Source of the DNA: an uncultured Muribaculaceae bacterium
Lineage (GTDB): Bacteria > Bacteroidota > Bacteroidia > Bacteroidales > UBA932
DNA length: 64,000 nucleotides
Direction: 5' to 3'
Assembly (NCBI GenBank): GCA_964521685.1
Contig: CAZFTS010000004.1
Location: 6,516-70,515, forward strand
Shown here: piece after piece, positions 39,859-51,057 of the stretch
Position numbering within the stretch: position 1 is the stretch's first letter
Layout: each line of letters opens with the position of its first letter
The notes under the pieces: model-generated
The model's database searches: none
Seen by the model: the letters and a program-made list of their open reading frames with translations, nothing else
Told to the model about the DNA's origin: nothing
Position numbers and translations under genes: made by a program

Positions 39859-40965
39859 ATGAAAAGGATTCAAAAAACTCTGCTTTATATAAGCATACCA
39901 GCGCTGTTGCTGATTTCGGTATTAGTTTATAATTCGATTTCCCGCAAACCTGTTGCAGAGCCACAGGCTGCAAAACCCTCTGTTCAAATAGGACAGCCAC
40001 CTGCATCTCGTCCCGGCGGCGGAGCCAGAACTCTCCCTGTTTCGGTTTACATTGCAGAAGAGATGGACAAGGAGGATGGGACAATGAGAATCGGAAACAT
40101 TGTTGCAAAAGAGCGGGTAGAAATTGTAAGCGAGTTATCCGGCAGGGTCATCGAAATAAATTTCACAGAGGGACAACATGTTAAAAAAGGACAGGTACTT
40201 ATCAGATTAAATGATGATGAGTTACTTGTCCAGCTTACTAAGGCCGAATATCAGTACGCCTTGCTTGAGCAAAGGCTGGGCAGACAGAAGATCCTTCTTG
40301 AAAAAGATGCAGTCAGCCGCGAAGAGTACGACAAGGTTTTGACTGAGTACAACGTTCTCAAACAGGATATTGAACAACTCAAAATCCGGATTGAGAAGAT
40401 GAAGGTGAGGGCCCCTTTCGACGGAGTTGTCGGGTTCAGGGATATCAGCCTGGGGGCTTTTTTACAGCCAGGATCAAGAGTAACAAATCTGGTGGATATA
40501 GCTAATCTCATTATTGAAGTTGCAATTCCTGAAAAATATGTGAATAACAACCTCTTTGGAAACGAGCTTACATTTACCGTAGAGGGAAACAGCAAAAATT
40601 ACAGAGCAAATGTTTATGCAGTGGACCCTCAGATAGAGGTGAAAACCCGTACAGTTATGATAAGGGCCAGATATGTGAACAATGATAATAAATTACGTCC
40701 CGGAATGTCTGCCAGGGTCACCCTTAATACAAGTGCAGGTACAAGAAATGTATATGTACCTAATCAGGCTGTTGTTCCTGATGTTAAGGGGCGTTCGGTC
40801 TGGGTAGTTAAAGAGGGTAAGGCTAAACTTATTCCGGTTATGACCGGAAGCAGAACAGCAGATATGCTGGAGATTATCTCAGGAATAAGCAGAGGCGATA
40901 CTGTGATAACAACAGGTCTGATGCAACTTAGAGATGGAATTACAATTACTCCGGTAAACCTTTAA
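39859..40965 (+). CDS. RND efflux periplasmic adaptor (MFP)
   Basis: N-terminal TM, SGRVIEI..EGQHVKKG, APFDG and LRPGMSA. Confidence 0.93.
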   Translation: MKRIQKTLLYISIPALLLISVLVYNSISRKPVAEPQAAKPSVQIGQPPASRPGGGARTLPVSVYIAEEMDKEDGTMRIGNIVAKERVEIVSELSGRVIEINFTEGQHVKKGQVLIRLNDDELLVQLTKAEYQYALLEQRLGRQKILLEKDAVSREEYDKVLTEYNVLKQDIEQLKIRIEKMKVRAPFDGVVGFRDISLGAFLQPGSRVTNLVDIANLIIEVAIPEKYVNNNLFGNELTFTVEGNSKNYRANVYAVDPQIEVKTRTVMIRARYVNNDNKLRPGMSARVTLNTSAGTRNVYVPNQAVVPDVKGRSVWVVKEGKAKLIPVMTGSRTADMLEIISGISRGDTVITTGLMQLRDGITITPVNL

Positions 40966-40975
40966 TTATTTATCA

Positions 40976-43900
40976 ATGAGTATATCTACAACAACAATAA
41001 ACAGACCTGTACTAGCAACAGTTATGAGTCTGCTCATAGTAATTTTCGGCGCAATAGGATATACATCACTTGGGGTCAGGGACTATCCGAGTGTAGATAA
41101 TCCGGTTATATCTGTCAGATGTTCTTTCACTGGAGCAAATGCCGATGTTATCGAAACACAGATAACCGAGCCGCTGGAGGCAGCTGTAAACGGGATCCCC
41201 GGAATCCGTGCAATTTCAAGTACAAGCCGGGATGGTTCCAGCTCCATCAATATCGAATTTAACCTCGAAGTTGATCTCGAGACTGCAGCAAATGATGTAA
41301 GAGACAAGGTTTCGGGTGCAATGAGAATGTTACCTCAGGATGTTGACCCCCCTGTTGTCGAAAAGTCGGATGCAGATGCGCAACCTATCTACACGATAAC
41401 CCTTTCCAGCAAAACGAGAGACATTATTAATCTAAGCGAGTTTGCAGAGGTAAATTTTAAAGAGAGGTTACAGACTATAAGTGGAGTTAGCAGCGTAGGA
41501 GTTTGGGGATCAAAAAGATACTCTGTACGTATGAGAATGGACCCGCTTCTTCTTGCTGCTTATAAGATTACCCCGCTGGATGTAAGGCAGGCTGTATCGA
41601 GAGAAAATGTCGAGCTTCCTTCCGGAATGATTGAAGGATCGACAATGGAGCTTACAGTCAGAACATTGGGTCGCTTACGCTCAATTGAAGATTTTAACAA
41701 TCTCATTATTTCAAGAAGCGGTGACAGAGTTGTCCGATTCTCCGATATAGGAACTGCCGAGGTTGATGCAGAGAACACCAGATCAATTCTAAAAAGAAAT
41801 GGTGTACCAATGGTTGCCATAGTTCTTGTTCCGCAACCGGGTGCTAACTATATTAATATTGTTGATGCTGCAAAGGCTTCAGTTGCAGAACTTCAGAAGA
41901 GTTTGCCTGAAGATATTGAGGTAGGGGTGGGATTTGACAATACCATCTTTATAAGAGACTCTATAAGTGAGGTAAAGATTACCATACTGCAGGCATTTAT
42001 ACTGGTTATCCTTATCATCTTCCTCTTTTTAAGAAACTGGAGAACTACTTTAATCCCAATCCTGGCAATTCCGGTCTCCCTTGTAGGCGCATTCTTTATA
42101 ATGTATCTTGCGGGATTCTCTATAAATATTCTTACACTTCTCGCAATTGTTCTTTCAATAGGACTGGTTGTGGACGATGCAATTGTGGTTATGGAGAATA
42201 TTTACACCAAGATAGAAAGGGGGGTTAATCCTAAAGAGGCGGCAATTGAGGGGTCAAAAGAGATATTCTTTGCAGTAATTGCAACTACGATCACGCTGGT
42301 TGCTGTATTTTTTCCGATTGTCTTTCTTCAGGGTGTAACCGGCAGGTTATTCAGAGAGTTTTCCATAGTTATTGCGGGGGCAGTTCTGATATCAAGCTTT
42401 GTTGCTCTAACCTTAACACCAATGATCTCCAGCAAACTTTTAAAGAGGGGTTCAACGGAGGGTTGGTTTTACACCCTTACCGAGCCATTCTTTAAAGGGT
42501 TGAACAGTATCTACAGCCGTTCGCTTCAAGCATTTATGAGAAAAAGATGGATGGCAATAGTTTTTCTCATTGTATCCCTCGGCTTTATTGTATATATGTG
42601 GTTGACAATTCCTTCCGAAATGGCTCCCCTGGAAGACCGATCAATGATTAATGTTTCAAGTACTGCTCAGGAGGGTGCAACATTTGACTACATGAGAAGG
42701 TATACCGATGATTTGCTAGATGAGATTGAGAGCTCCGTGCCCGAAACCAACGGCGTTTTGCAGATGGTTGGCATGGGAGGCCGAAACAGGGCAAACTTCC
42801 AGGTATCACTGGTGTCACCTGATGAGCGGAGCAGAAGCCAGCAACAGATTGCCGATGATCTTACACCAAAGGTAGCTAAGTTTACAGGCGCAAGAAGTTT
42901 TGTTAATCAACAACAAACATTTGGAGGCAGAAGAGGAGGAATGCCGGTGCAGTATGTAATACAGGCAAAAAATCTCGATTCCCTCAAAGTTGTAATACCA
43001 ATCTTTCTGAATGAAGTGGCCAAAAGCGACGTTTTTGCAAACTCAGATATTAACCTAAGATTCACAAAACCTGAAATCAGTATAAGTATTGACCGGGATA
43101 AAGCATCTCTGATGGGGGTTTCTATTCAGAATATTGCCCAGACACTGCAACTTTCAATGAGTGAACAGAGAATCGGATACTTTATCAGAAACGGCAAGCA
43201 GTACCAGATAATGAGCCAGATAGACCAGAGCATGCGAAATAAGCCGGTCGATCTTGCAAATATCTATGTCAGAAACGATGCAGGAGAGCTGGTTCAGCTG
43301 GACAACCTTATAAAAATGGAGGAGAGCAGCACGCCACCTCAGCTTTTCAGGTATAACCGTTTTGTTTCGGCAACAATTTCTGCTTCTTTGTCAAAAGGTT
43401 ACACTTTAGGACAGGGGATAGAGGAGATGGACAAAATTGCCGACAGAGTTCTCAATCCGGATGATTTCTCTACAACTCTCTCCGGTCAATCCAAGGATTT
43501 TGTAGAGAGTACCTCAAGTTTGCTGTTTGCTTTCGTACTGGCACTAATTCTCATCTATCTTGTTCTTTCGGCGCAGTTTGAGAGTTTCCGCGATCCTTTA
43601 ATTATAATGCTTACTGTTCCGTTAGCACTCATTGGGGCACTTATCTCCATGAAAACTACAGGTCAGACCCTTAACATCTTCAGTCAGATTGGTCTCATAA
43701 TGCTGATAGGGCTTGTCTCCAAAAACGGTATTCTTATGGTTGAATTTGCCAACCAGCGAAAACTGTCGGGTTTAAATAAGTTTGATGCAATTCTTGATTC
43801 GGCAGCATCCAGATTCCGGCCAATTCTTATGACCAGCCTTTCAACCATACTTGGTATCCTCCCGATGGTATTCGCCTCCGGTGCCGGTGCCGAGAGCCGG

Positions 43901-44023
43901 ATCTCAATGGGGGTAACCGTTGCAGGAGGAATGATATTTTCGACATTCTTTACCCTCTATATCATCCCGGCGATGTACTCCTTTATATCTTCATCTAAAG
44001 CTAATTTCGAAGAGAAAAAATGA
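40976..44023 (+). CDS. RND efflux permease (AcrB/MdtB family)
   Basis: 1015 aa with GLVVDDAIVVMENI, SKNGILMVEFA and RFRPILMT. Confidence 0.96.
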   Translation: MSISTTTINRPVLATVMSLLIVIFGAIGYTSLGVRDYPSVDNPVISVRCSFTGANADVIETQITEPLEAAVNGIPGIRAISSTSRDGSSSINIEFNLEVDLETAANDVRDKVSGAMRMLPQDVDPPVVEKSDADAQPIYTITLSSKTRDIINLSEFAEVNFKERLQTISGVSSVGVWGSKRYSVRMRMDPLLLAAYKITPLDVRQAVSRENVELPSGMIEGSTMELTVRTLGRLRSIEDFNNLIISRSGDRVVRFSDIGTAEVDAENTRSILKRNGVPMVAIVLVPQPGANYINIVDAAKASVAELQKSLPEDIEVGVGFDNTIFIRDSISEVKITILQAFILVILIIFLFLRNWRTTLIPILAIPVSLVGAFFIMYLAGFSINILTLLAIVLSIGLVVDDAIVVMENIYTKIERGVNPKEAAIEGSKEIFFAVIATTITLVAVFFPIVFLQGVTGRLFREFSIVIAGAVLISSFVALTLTPMISSKLLKRGSTEGWFYTLTEPFFKGLNSIYSRSLQAFMRKRWMAIVFLIVSLGFIVYMWLTIPSEMAPLEDRSMINVSSTAQEGATFDYMRRYTDDLLDEIESSVPETNGVLQMVGMGGRNRANFQVSLVSPDERSRSQQQIADDLTPKVAKFTGARSFVNQQQTFGGRRGGMPVQYVIQAKNLDSLKVVIPIFLNEVAKSDVFANSDINLRFTKPEISISIDRDKASLMGVSIQNIAQTLQLSMSEQRIGYFIRNGKQYQIMSQIDQSMRNKPVDLANIYVRNDAGELVQLDNLIKMEESSTPPQLFRYNRFVSATISASLSKGYTLGQGIEEMDKIADRVLNPDDFSTTLSGQSKDFVESTSSLLFAFVLALILIYLVLSAQFESFRDPLIIMLTVPLALIGALISMKTTGQTLNIFSQIGLIMLIGLVSKNGILMVEFANQRKLSGLNKFDAILDSAASRFRPILMTSLSTILGILPMVFASGAGAESRISMGVTVAGGMIFSTFFTLYIIPAMYSFISSSKANFEEKK

Positions 44024-45345
44024 AAATAAAGACATTTTTAACCATATCGGTCCTGATATTAACCACAACTCTTAAGGGCGAACCTCAGCAGGAGTTGAAG
44101 AAGAGTCTCTCACTGGAAGAGTGTATAAGTAAAGCAATTGAGGCAAACTACTCGGTTGTGATTTCTGAAAACAACCTTGAAATAACCCGCAATAATGTAA
44201 CGCTGGAGCCTTTTCTCCCCTCTTTATCATTAAGTTCAAGACAGAGCGACAGCAGGACAAATCAGAAAAACTACCAGAGTGACGGAACTATTCAGAACTC
44301 TGTTGTAAAGAGCACCTCTTTTATAAACGGAGCATCTTTGAACTGGAGACTGTTTGATGGATTTTCAATGTTTGCGACCAGAGAGAAGCAACAGGAGCTT
44401 CTGGCTCAGGGTGAGTATAACTTCCGCTCGGTTGTTGAGAATCTTATAATGAAGATATCTTCCCAGTACTATTCGATAATAAGTCTGCAAAACCAGGTAA
44501 ACCTTCTAAACGAGCTGGTTAATATATCCCAGATTAGGTATAACCAGGCTCTTACACGCTACAATATCGGAAGCGATTCGGGGCTTGAGTATAAACAGGC
44601 AAAAATCTATCTGAACAGCGACTCTTCAAAATTAATGCTTCAGAAGGAGAACCTTAAAAATGCCTATCTTGAGCTTTATGCGATGATGAATATCTCTTTT
44701 GAATCGGATTACATAATAAATGATTCGATTATTCCTGAGTCACAGTTAGATCTCAGGAATCTGCTTGAAATGGCAAACGAGAACAACACCTCCCTGAACG
44801 CACTTAAGGCAGGTGAAAGAGTGGCGCAACTTGATACTAAAGTGGCTATCTCGTCAAGATATCCTACATTAGACTTTTCGGCAGGTTACAATTACAACAT
44901 TAACAGAAGCCAGTTAATACCTTCAAAATTTAATGAATCGGATGGTATGAACTGGGGCTTTTCTATCTCTTTCCCGATCTTTAACGGTAACGAGATAAAC
45001 AGAAAGATTAAAAATGCCAGACTTGCCCAGGAGAATGCCAGACTCTCACTGCAAAAAGCTCAGCAGGATATGGAAAGCGAATTGAGACAGCTATATAACC
45101 TTTATTCGAATAGTTTAAGATTGATAGAGTTTGAAGAGGAGAGTCGTGAGAGCGCATACCTTAATCTTGAGGCTGCAATGGAGAAGTACCGCCTGGGATC
45201 ACTCAGTGGTATTGAGTTCAGAGATTATCAGTTATCATATCTTGATGCTTCGGACAGAAAACTGAGGGCTTTGTACCAGACAAAGATTTCGGAGATAACG
45301 CTGCACTTGATGGCAGGAGAGCTTTACAATATAAAGGACAAATAG
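44020..45345 (+). CDS. TolC family outer membrane factor
   Basis: Signal peptide and repeated OMF helices (YPTLDF, PIFNG); third gene of the RND operon. Confidence 0.9.
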   Translation: MKIKTFLTISVLILTTTLKGEPQQELKKSLSLEECISKAIEANYSVVISENNLEITRNNVTLEPFLPSLSLSSRQSDSRTNQKNYQSDGTIQNSVVKSTSFINGASLNWRLFDGFSMFATREKQQELLAQGEYNFRSVVENLIMKISSQYYSIISLQNQVNLLNELVNISQIRYNQALTRYNIGSDSGLEYKQAKIYLNSDSSKLMLQKENLKNAYLELYAMMNISFESDYIINDSIIPESQLDLRNLLEMANENNTSLNALKAGERVAQLDTKVAISSRYPTLDFSAGYNYNINRSQLIPSKFNESDGMNWGFSISFPIFNGNEINRKIKNARLAQENARLSLQKAQQDMESELRQLYNLYSNSLRLIEFEEESRESAYLNLEAAMEKYRLGSLSGIEFRDYQLSYLDASDRKLRALYQTKISEITLHLMAGELYNIKDK

Positions 45346-45394
45346 TGAACCTTTTTTAGCAAAAACTGTTCTTATAGCAATCCAATTTATTGTT

Positions 45395-47821
45395 ATGAGA
45401 ACATTTTTTAATTTATATAAATACAGAACTTTAAAAGTAGTTTTTACACTGCTTGCCTCTTTGACGTTTATGTCAGAAATATTTGCAGAAGAGGTTGCAA
45501 AGGAGTTTACCCTCAATGGAGTTGTAATTGATAAAGAGACAAGGGAGCCGGTGGCTTTTGCCACTGTATCTATCTGGAAAGGAACTAAATATGCAATAAG
45601 CGACTCTGAAGGAAAGTTTCAGATCAGTAATGTTCCGGCAGGGGCATACAGAATACAGGTAGATATCCTCGGTTACAATCAGTACATCTCGGAGGAGTTT
45701 ATGATTTCAAATGCAGGATATTTTGTAAGGGCGGAGATTGAGCAGGAGAGTCGCCTTCTGAATCAGATCACTGTCAAGCCAAAGGCCGATCCATTCAGGA
45801 GATTTCCTGAAAGCCCTCTTTCTCAGAGAAGCATTGGAGTTCAGGAGATTGAGCGTAATCCCGGAGCAAACAGGGATATTTCCAGAGTAGTAGGCTCACT
45901 GCCGGGTGTAGGTTCTGTGACCGCAGGAGGTTACAGAAACGATCTTTTGGTGAGAGGAGGGGGCCCCTCTGAAAACAAATTCTTTCTGGACGGAATAGAG
46001 ATACCTACAATTAACCACTTTAGTACACAGGGTTCATCGGGAGGTCCTGTGGGAATAATTGATGCCGACTTTATAAGAGAGGTCGATTTTTATGGAGGGA
46101 CATTCCCTGTCAACAAGGGGGGTGCAATTAGTTCAGTGCTGGATTTCAAACTTAAAGATGGCGACCCGGTAAACAATAATTACAAGTTTACCCTTGGCGC
46201 TTCGGAGGCGGGAATCAGTTCAAACGGACATCTTTCAAAAAGAACAAACTATATTGTATCTGCAAGGACCTCCTATCTTCAATTTTTATTTAAGGCTATA
46301 GGACTCCCATTTTTGCCATCATTCACCGATGCTCAGTTTAAAGTTGAGACCCGTTTCGATAATAAACACGAGCTTACAATACTTGGCCTGGCAGGATTTG
46401 ATAATATGTCCCTCAACAGTGATACCGGAGGAAAAGAGGAGAATGAGTATATTCTTGCATATTTGCCTGTTATTCAGCAGGAGGTCTTTACACTAGGTGC
46501 AGCCTACAGGTATTTCTACGGAAAAAACAATCTGAATCTGTATCTGAGCCATAGTTATCTCAATAACAGAAACACAAAGTACAGAAACAATGACGAATCA
46601 ACCGAAAGTAATTTAACCCTCAGATATAAATCTGTTGAACAGGAGACAAAATTCAGACTGGAAAATATCTCAAGAATGTCGGATTTCAGACTAACAGCAG
46701 GCTTTGGGGCCGATTTGCCTCAATATTCAAATGATACATATCAGAAGGTTTTCTTAAGTCAACCGGTAACAATTAACTACAATAGTGATCTTAGTTTTGT
46801 AAAGTACGCGCTCTTTACCAACGTCAACTATACATCACCGAATAAAAAGATTTCGGTTAATCTTGGAGCGAGGGCAGATGGAAACAGCTTTTCATCCCAC
46901 ATGTCAAATCCGCTGAATCAACTTTCACCAAGACTCTCATTTTCATATGAATTTGCAAGGAATCTCTATCTTAACTGGGCAATCGGCAAGTATTATCAGT
47001 TGCCTCCGCTAACGGCAATGGGCTTCAGAGATAATGCAGGAGAGCTAGTTAACAAAGATCTGAAATACATTAAATCGTATCAGGCGGCTTTGGGTGTTGA
47101 TTTCAGAAACAGTGAAGGATTTCAGTTTGGAGTAGAGTTTTTCCATAAACTCAATTATAACGGACTATACTCGGTCAATGACTCAATTCCGGTTGAGGGG
47201 AAAGCTACTAATTACGGAGTGGTTGGAAATGAAGAGATCTCATCACAACTTGAAAGTAAGGCCTTTGGGGCAGAGTTCTCTTTCAGATGGTTTGTTTCCG
47301 ATAAGTTTAACCTCATAAGCTCTATTACATTATTCAGAAGTCAGTTTAAAAACAATGACGGGCAATGGAATCCAAACAGCTGGGATAACAGAAGGCTCAT
47401 GACAATTTCCGGAGGGTACAAACTTCCGGGAGAGGTAGTGATTGGTGCAAAATTCCGCTACTCAGGGGGAAGCCCTTACACTCCGCTCGATGAGGTGAGA
47501 TCTTCATATGTTGCCGCCTGGGATGCTTCCGGAAGGGCCTACAGAGATAATTCGCAATATAATTCACTATATCTGAAACAATTCAATCAACTGGACGTGA
47601 GAGTTGACAAGGAGTTTTACTTTAAGAAGTTTGCATTAAAGGTCTATCTGGATATTCAGAATGCACTTAATAAAAAGTACAAAGAGTCAGATGTTCTGGT
47701 AAGTACCGGAAGAGTTATCAACCCACAGGCACCATACAGTGAGCAGAGATATGAGATGAAGAGAATTTCGATCGAGAATGGGGTATTACTCCCTTCAATT
47801 GGTGTTACCGTTGAATTTTAA
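45395..47821 (+). CDS. TonB-dependent receptor with a carboxypeptidase-regulatory-like N-terminal domain
   Basis: GVVIDKETREP, plug motif LLVRGGGPSEN..LDGIEIP, C-terminal Phe. Confidence 0.9.
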   Translation: MRTFFNLYKYRTLKVVFTLLASLTFMSEIFAEEVAKEFTLNGVVIDKETREPVAFATVSIWKGTKYAISDSEGKFQISNVPAGAYRIQVDILGYNQYISEEFMISNAGYFVRAEIEQESRLLNQITVKPKADPFRRFPESPLSQRSIGVQEIERNPGANRDISRVVGSLPGVGSVTAGGYRNDLLVRGGGPSENKFFLDGIEIPTINHFSTQGSSGGPVGIIDADFIREVDFYGGTFPVNKGGAISSVLDFKLKDGDPVNNNYKFTLGASEAGISSNGHLSKRTNYIVSARTSYLQFLFKAIGLPFLPSFTDAQFKVETRFDNKHELTILGLAGFDNMSLNSDTGGKEENEYILAYLPVIQQEVFTLGAAYRYFYGKNNLNLYLSHSYLNNRNTKYRNNDESTESNLTLRYKSVEQETKFRLENISRMSDFRLTAGFGADLPQYSNDTYQKVFLSQPVTINYNSDLSFVKYALFTNVNYTSPNKKISVNLGARADGNSFSSHMSNPLNQLSPRLSFSYEFARNLYLNWAIGKYYQLPPLTAMGFRDNAGELVNKDLKYIKSYQAALGVDFRNSEGFQFGVEFFHKLNYNGLYSVNDSIPVEGKATNYGVVGNEEISSQLESKAFGAEFSFRWFVSDKFNLISSITLFRSQFKNNDGQWNPNSWDNRRLMTISGGYKLPGEVVIGAKFRYSGGSPYTPLDEVRSSYVAAWDASGRAYRDNSQYNSLYLKQFNQLDVRVDKEFYFKKFALKVYLDIQNALNKKYKESDVLVSTGRVINPQAPYSEQRYEMKRISIENGVLLPSIGVTVEF

Positions 47822-49120
47822 TTCAAAAAGATCTCTCTCAGGCCACTTTGGAACCTTTTGAAGCGCACCTCTGAAGAGGGCATCAATATAGTTAGGAAAC
47901 CGGGCTCCCTTCCAGGAGCTCGTGTTTGTTATAAATACCCACGAGTAGCCATTCGGGCTGTACTTTATGAGTGCACTTGTACCGGATAATGTGCCGCTTC
48001 TTGTCCAGTCACCTGCTGCCGTACATTTTGCCCATCCGATTGGCAGATTGGATGGGTCAGATGTGGTCATAATGCGTACACTCTTTCTTGAGAGGATATC
48101 CGTAACACCATCACGGCCATCTATAGCCGCCACCAGTTTGAGTAACTCGGAGGGCGATGCTACCCATCCACCGGCTCCGTAAAGTGCTGTTATATTATTC
48201 CCGCCGTACCACCGGGGCATCATCTTCATACTCCCGTCAAAGGCCTCTACCTGCTCCTCATCGGCAGGACCATAATACTTTACCTCATTCGGGAATTTTT
48301 CTTTGTAACTATTACCTGCAATATGCATATCATAGACCCCGGCAGGAATCAGTATTTCTTCTTTAACATAATCTTCGTAATCCAACCCTGTTACCTTCTC
48401 AATTACTTTGGAGAGTATAAGGTATCCTACATTGGAATAGCGGGTCCCTGAACCTGGTTTGTAGCCCAATCGTTTTGTCAGGACATATGAAATTATCTCA
48501 TCGGTATTCATGGCTCTGTTAAACCCCTGCTCCCGTGCAATCTGCCCCAGACTAAACATCGGATCACCCGCTCTTACAGAAAAGCCCCCTTTGTGTCTGA
48601 GAAGCTGTTCTATTGTTATCTCTTTAAATCTGACATCTTTGAAGTTGCGGAATTTGGCATCATCCAGAATGGAGTTCTCTCCGAAAACTTTTGAGTTAAG
48701 TGAAATCTTCCCCTTTTCACAAAGTTTCATAATGGCAGTTGCAGTAATAAGCTTGGATACCGAGGCAATTCTGAAAATATGTCTCACCTCTGTCTTCTCC
48801 TGTCTCTCTTTATCGGCCCATCCGTAACCTTTTGCATAGATAAGCTTCTCGTCTTTCATAATTGCAAGCGATGCCCCGTTGATCTCCCATTTTCTCATGA
48901 AACTCTCAATCTGAGTATCCATCTTCTGGGTCTCCTTAAGGTCTGAGAGTTCATTGCTCAAAATGTGATTTAGTGCCACGGGGAAATCATCCTCATCACC
49001 TGGTTGTATTGCCTCTATTAAACCAAAACCGCCTGTCGAGACTATTACAACAGCGCTTAAAATGACCAGAATGAATATAAATAAAAGATGTTTTTTTCTT
49101 TTGGATGAGCCTCTTTTCAT
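47795..49120 (-). CDS. Membrane-anchored serine hydrolase, beta-lactamase fold
   Basis: SVSK (SxxK), LLRH and YSN motifs; overlaps the end of the TonB receptor by 27 nt. Confidence 0.85.
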   Translation of the reverse strand: MKRGSSKRKKHLLFIFILVILSAVVIVSTGGFGLIEAIQPGDEDDFPVALNHILSNELSDLKETQKMDTQIESFMRKWEINGASLAIMKDEKLIYAKGYGWADKERQEKTEVRHIFRIASVSKLITATAIMKLCEKGKISLNSKVFGENSILDDAKFRNFKDVRFKEITIEQLLRHKGGFSVRAGDPMFSLGQIAREQGFNRAMNTDEIISYVLTKRLGYKPGSGTRYSNVGYLILSKVIEKVTGLDYEDYVKEEILIPAGVYDMHIAGNSYKEKFPNEVKYYGPADEEQVEAFDGSMKMMPRWYGGNNITALYGAGGWVASPSELLKLVAAIDGRDGVTDILSRKSVRIMTTSDPSNLPIGWAKCTAAGDWTRSGTLSGTSALIKYSPNGYSWVFITNTSSWKGARFPNYIDALFRGALQKVPKWPERDLFELKFNGNTN

Positions 49121-49157
49121 TCTCCAAATTTAGAAAAAAGAGTTTAATCTCCCTTAA

Positions 49158-49859
49158 TTATTCAAGAGAAAACCTTACGGTAACCTGGTGTTCCAGCTTG
49201 ATCTTCTGGAAATCGGGCTGACTCTCGGATACTGACAATTCGCCGGCAACGTTACTGTCCAATGCTCTTTTATAGCTTGTTGTCAAATATAAACTTCTTG
49301 GAAAACTTGCATAGCTTTGGATAAAGATTGCCTTCCCAACCTTCCGTCCAAGGGCTTCAGCAACTGCCCCGGCACTCTTTTTTGCATTTACGGCAGCCAT
49401 TGCCATCACCTCCCGTCCTGCCTCTTCAAAGTTGGAGAGTTCTGCTTTGGTAATGTTTATATCGGTAATTGCAGCCTGCTCCATCTGTTCAAACAGGGAT
49501 ATCAGCTGAGGAGTTCCGTTTACTATAACTATGTAGGATTTTGTCATTAGGATGGAGTTTTTCCTGAGCAGATATTTTTCCAGAGAGGTGTTTATATCCT
49601 TAATCTGCACACTTTTCTGAATATCAATTCCAATAGCGGTAAACCGCTTAAAAAGATCCCTCTCTTGTTTCTCGATTGAAGATTTGCCTTTACTATCCCT
49701 TTCCGTGATTGTTATCTCCAGGAATATTTTGTCGGGAGCATACTCTTTTTCTGCCCTTCCGGCTACTTCGATGTAGTTTTCATCAATAAAGTTCTTCTCC
49801 TGAGCCACACCGGCCGACAGGATAAACATAAATGCCGTAAATAAAATCAATCTTCTCAT
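49158..49859 (-). CDS. SIMPL (DUF541) domain exported protein
   Basis: Signal peptide, IEVAGRAEKEYAPD, A..NAKKSA..VAEALG. Confidence 0.8.
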   Translation of the reverse strand: MRRLILFTAFMFILSAGVAQEKNFIDENYIEVAGRAEKEYAPDKIFLEITITERDSKGKSSIEKQERDLFKRFTAIGIDIQKSVQIKDINTSLEKYLLRKNSILMTKSYIVIVNGTPQLISLFEQMEQAAITDINITKAELSNFEEAGREVMAMAAVNAKKSAGAVAEALGRKVGKAIFIQSYASFPRSLYLTTSYKRALDSNVAGELSVSESQPDFQKIKLEHQVTVRFSLE

Positions 49860-49863
49860 CTCT

Positions 49864-51027
49864 TTAATCTTTATTTAAATTAATTTTTTGTTTTCTGTAA
49901 ATACCCGGGGTAATTCCGGTCTCTTTTCTGAATACTCTCATGAAAGAGCTTAATGATGCAAAACCCGATTGTTCTGCAATATAGTCCAAAACATAACAAT
50001 TCTCATCAAGAAGCAGCTTTTTTGAATACTCAATGCGGTACCTGTTAACAAGATCGGAGAAATTTGTTTTGAATTCACTGTTCACAATTGACGATATATA
50101 TGACCTGTTAGTTTTTAATTTATCGCATATGTCTGTAATCCTTAGGTTGTTATTGCGGAATATCTGCTCTTGCTCAAGCAGAAATATAAGTTCGCCAGAT
50201 AATTTACCCCGTATTTCATCGCCTGCGTACCTGTTAGAGTTTACATTATCCTTAAGCAGATCCCTTTCATAATTGACAATCGAGTAGCGTTGCCTGAATC
50301 CCAGAAATCCAATGGAGTAGAGCACGATACTGAAGAGCAGGGAAGGAATCATAAGCAACATCGATTCCTTTATAAAGAAAGCTTTTCCCAGGGTATTTAC
50401 AACAAGGGAAAAGAGTGCCGCACTAACCATAGCAACCATAATGTCCCTTGCCCATGCTAATGTTTTCTCTTCGGTAGATGAGTAGAACTCCGCTATTTTC
50501 TTTTCATAAGCAGATATCAGCTTCCAGCTTTGAAAAACCGAAGGTATTATCTGAATTGTAAAAACCACCCTGCTCATCTTATAAAGAAATATCTGCATTT
50601 TACCTATTGAAGAGAAGGTGAAACTAATGTTCTCTTTGTACTCCATCCTGAGGATGAAAGCCTCCAGCTCTTCCGGACTCATAATAACAAAAGAGAGTGC
50701 AGATGTTATGCCAAAAAAGAGTGCAGGAGTAAATATCAGCAGATCTTTCAGGGATGCTCCTCCCTCTTTGGCAACCGCCTTTATATAGATGTAAAACATC
50801 GGGAAAACAGAGAGGGATGTTAAAGTATAGAGGGGATCCAGAAATGCATATAGCCAGTAGTTTTTTGAAAAAAATATGGCATGTGAAGCATATAGTATTG
50901 TTGCGAGAAACATAAATAGAGCAAGAATAGACCTTGGCTTGTCTGAAGAGCGGGAATCTAACATGAGAGCGACGGCCCAGAAAAGGGTTACAAACATCGG
51001 GAGTGTGAATACAATCTGCTCTAACAT
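49864..51027 (-). CDS. Membrane-bound AraC-family regulator
   Basis: Multiple TM helices followed by NRSYISSIVN..NFSDLVNRYRIE and SGFASLSSFMRVFRK.TGITP. Confidence 0.9.
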   Translation of the reverse strand: MLEQIVFTLPMFVTLFWAVALMLDSRSSDKPRSILALFMFLATILYASHAIFFSKNYWLYAFLDPLYTLTSLSVFPMFYIYIKAVAKEGGASLKDLLIFTPALFFGITSALSFVIMSPEELEAFILRMEYKENISFTFSSIGKMQIFLYKMSRVVFTIQIIPSVFQSWKLISAYEKKIAEFYSSTEEKTLAWARDIMVAMVSAALFSLVVNTLGKAFFIKESMLLMIPSLLFSIVLYSIGFLGFRQRYSIVNYERDLLKDNVNSNRYAGDEIRGKLSGELIFLLEQEQIFRNNNLRITDICDKLKTNRSYISSIVNSEFKTNFSDLVNRYRIEYSKKLLLDENCYVLDYIAEQSGFASLSSFMRVFRKETGITPGIYRKQKINLNKD

Positions 51028-51057
51028 CTCTAAAAATTTTATTCACAAATTTAAGCA

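Noticed and set aside
31217..49120. Two beta-lactamase-fold genes and the RND pump as a resistance island
   Set aside because: They are generic serine hydrolases with no mobile-element context; substrate cannot be inferred from the motifs.
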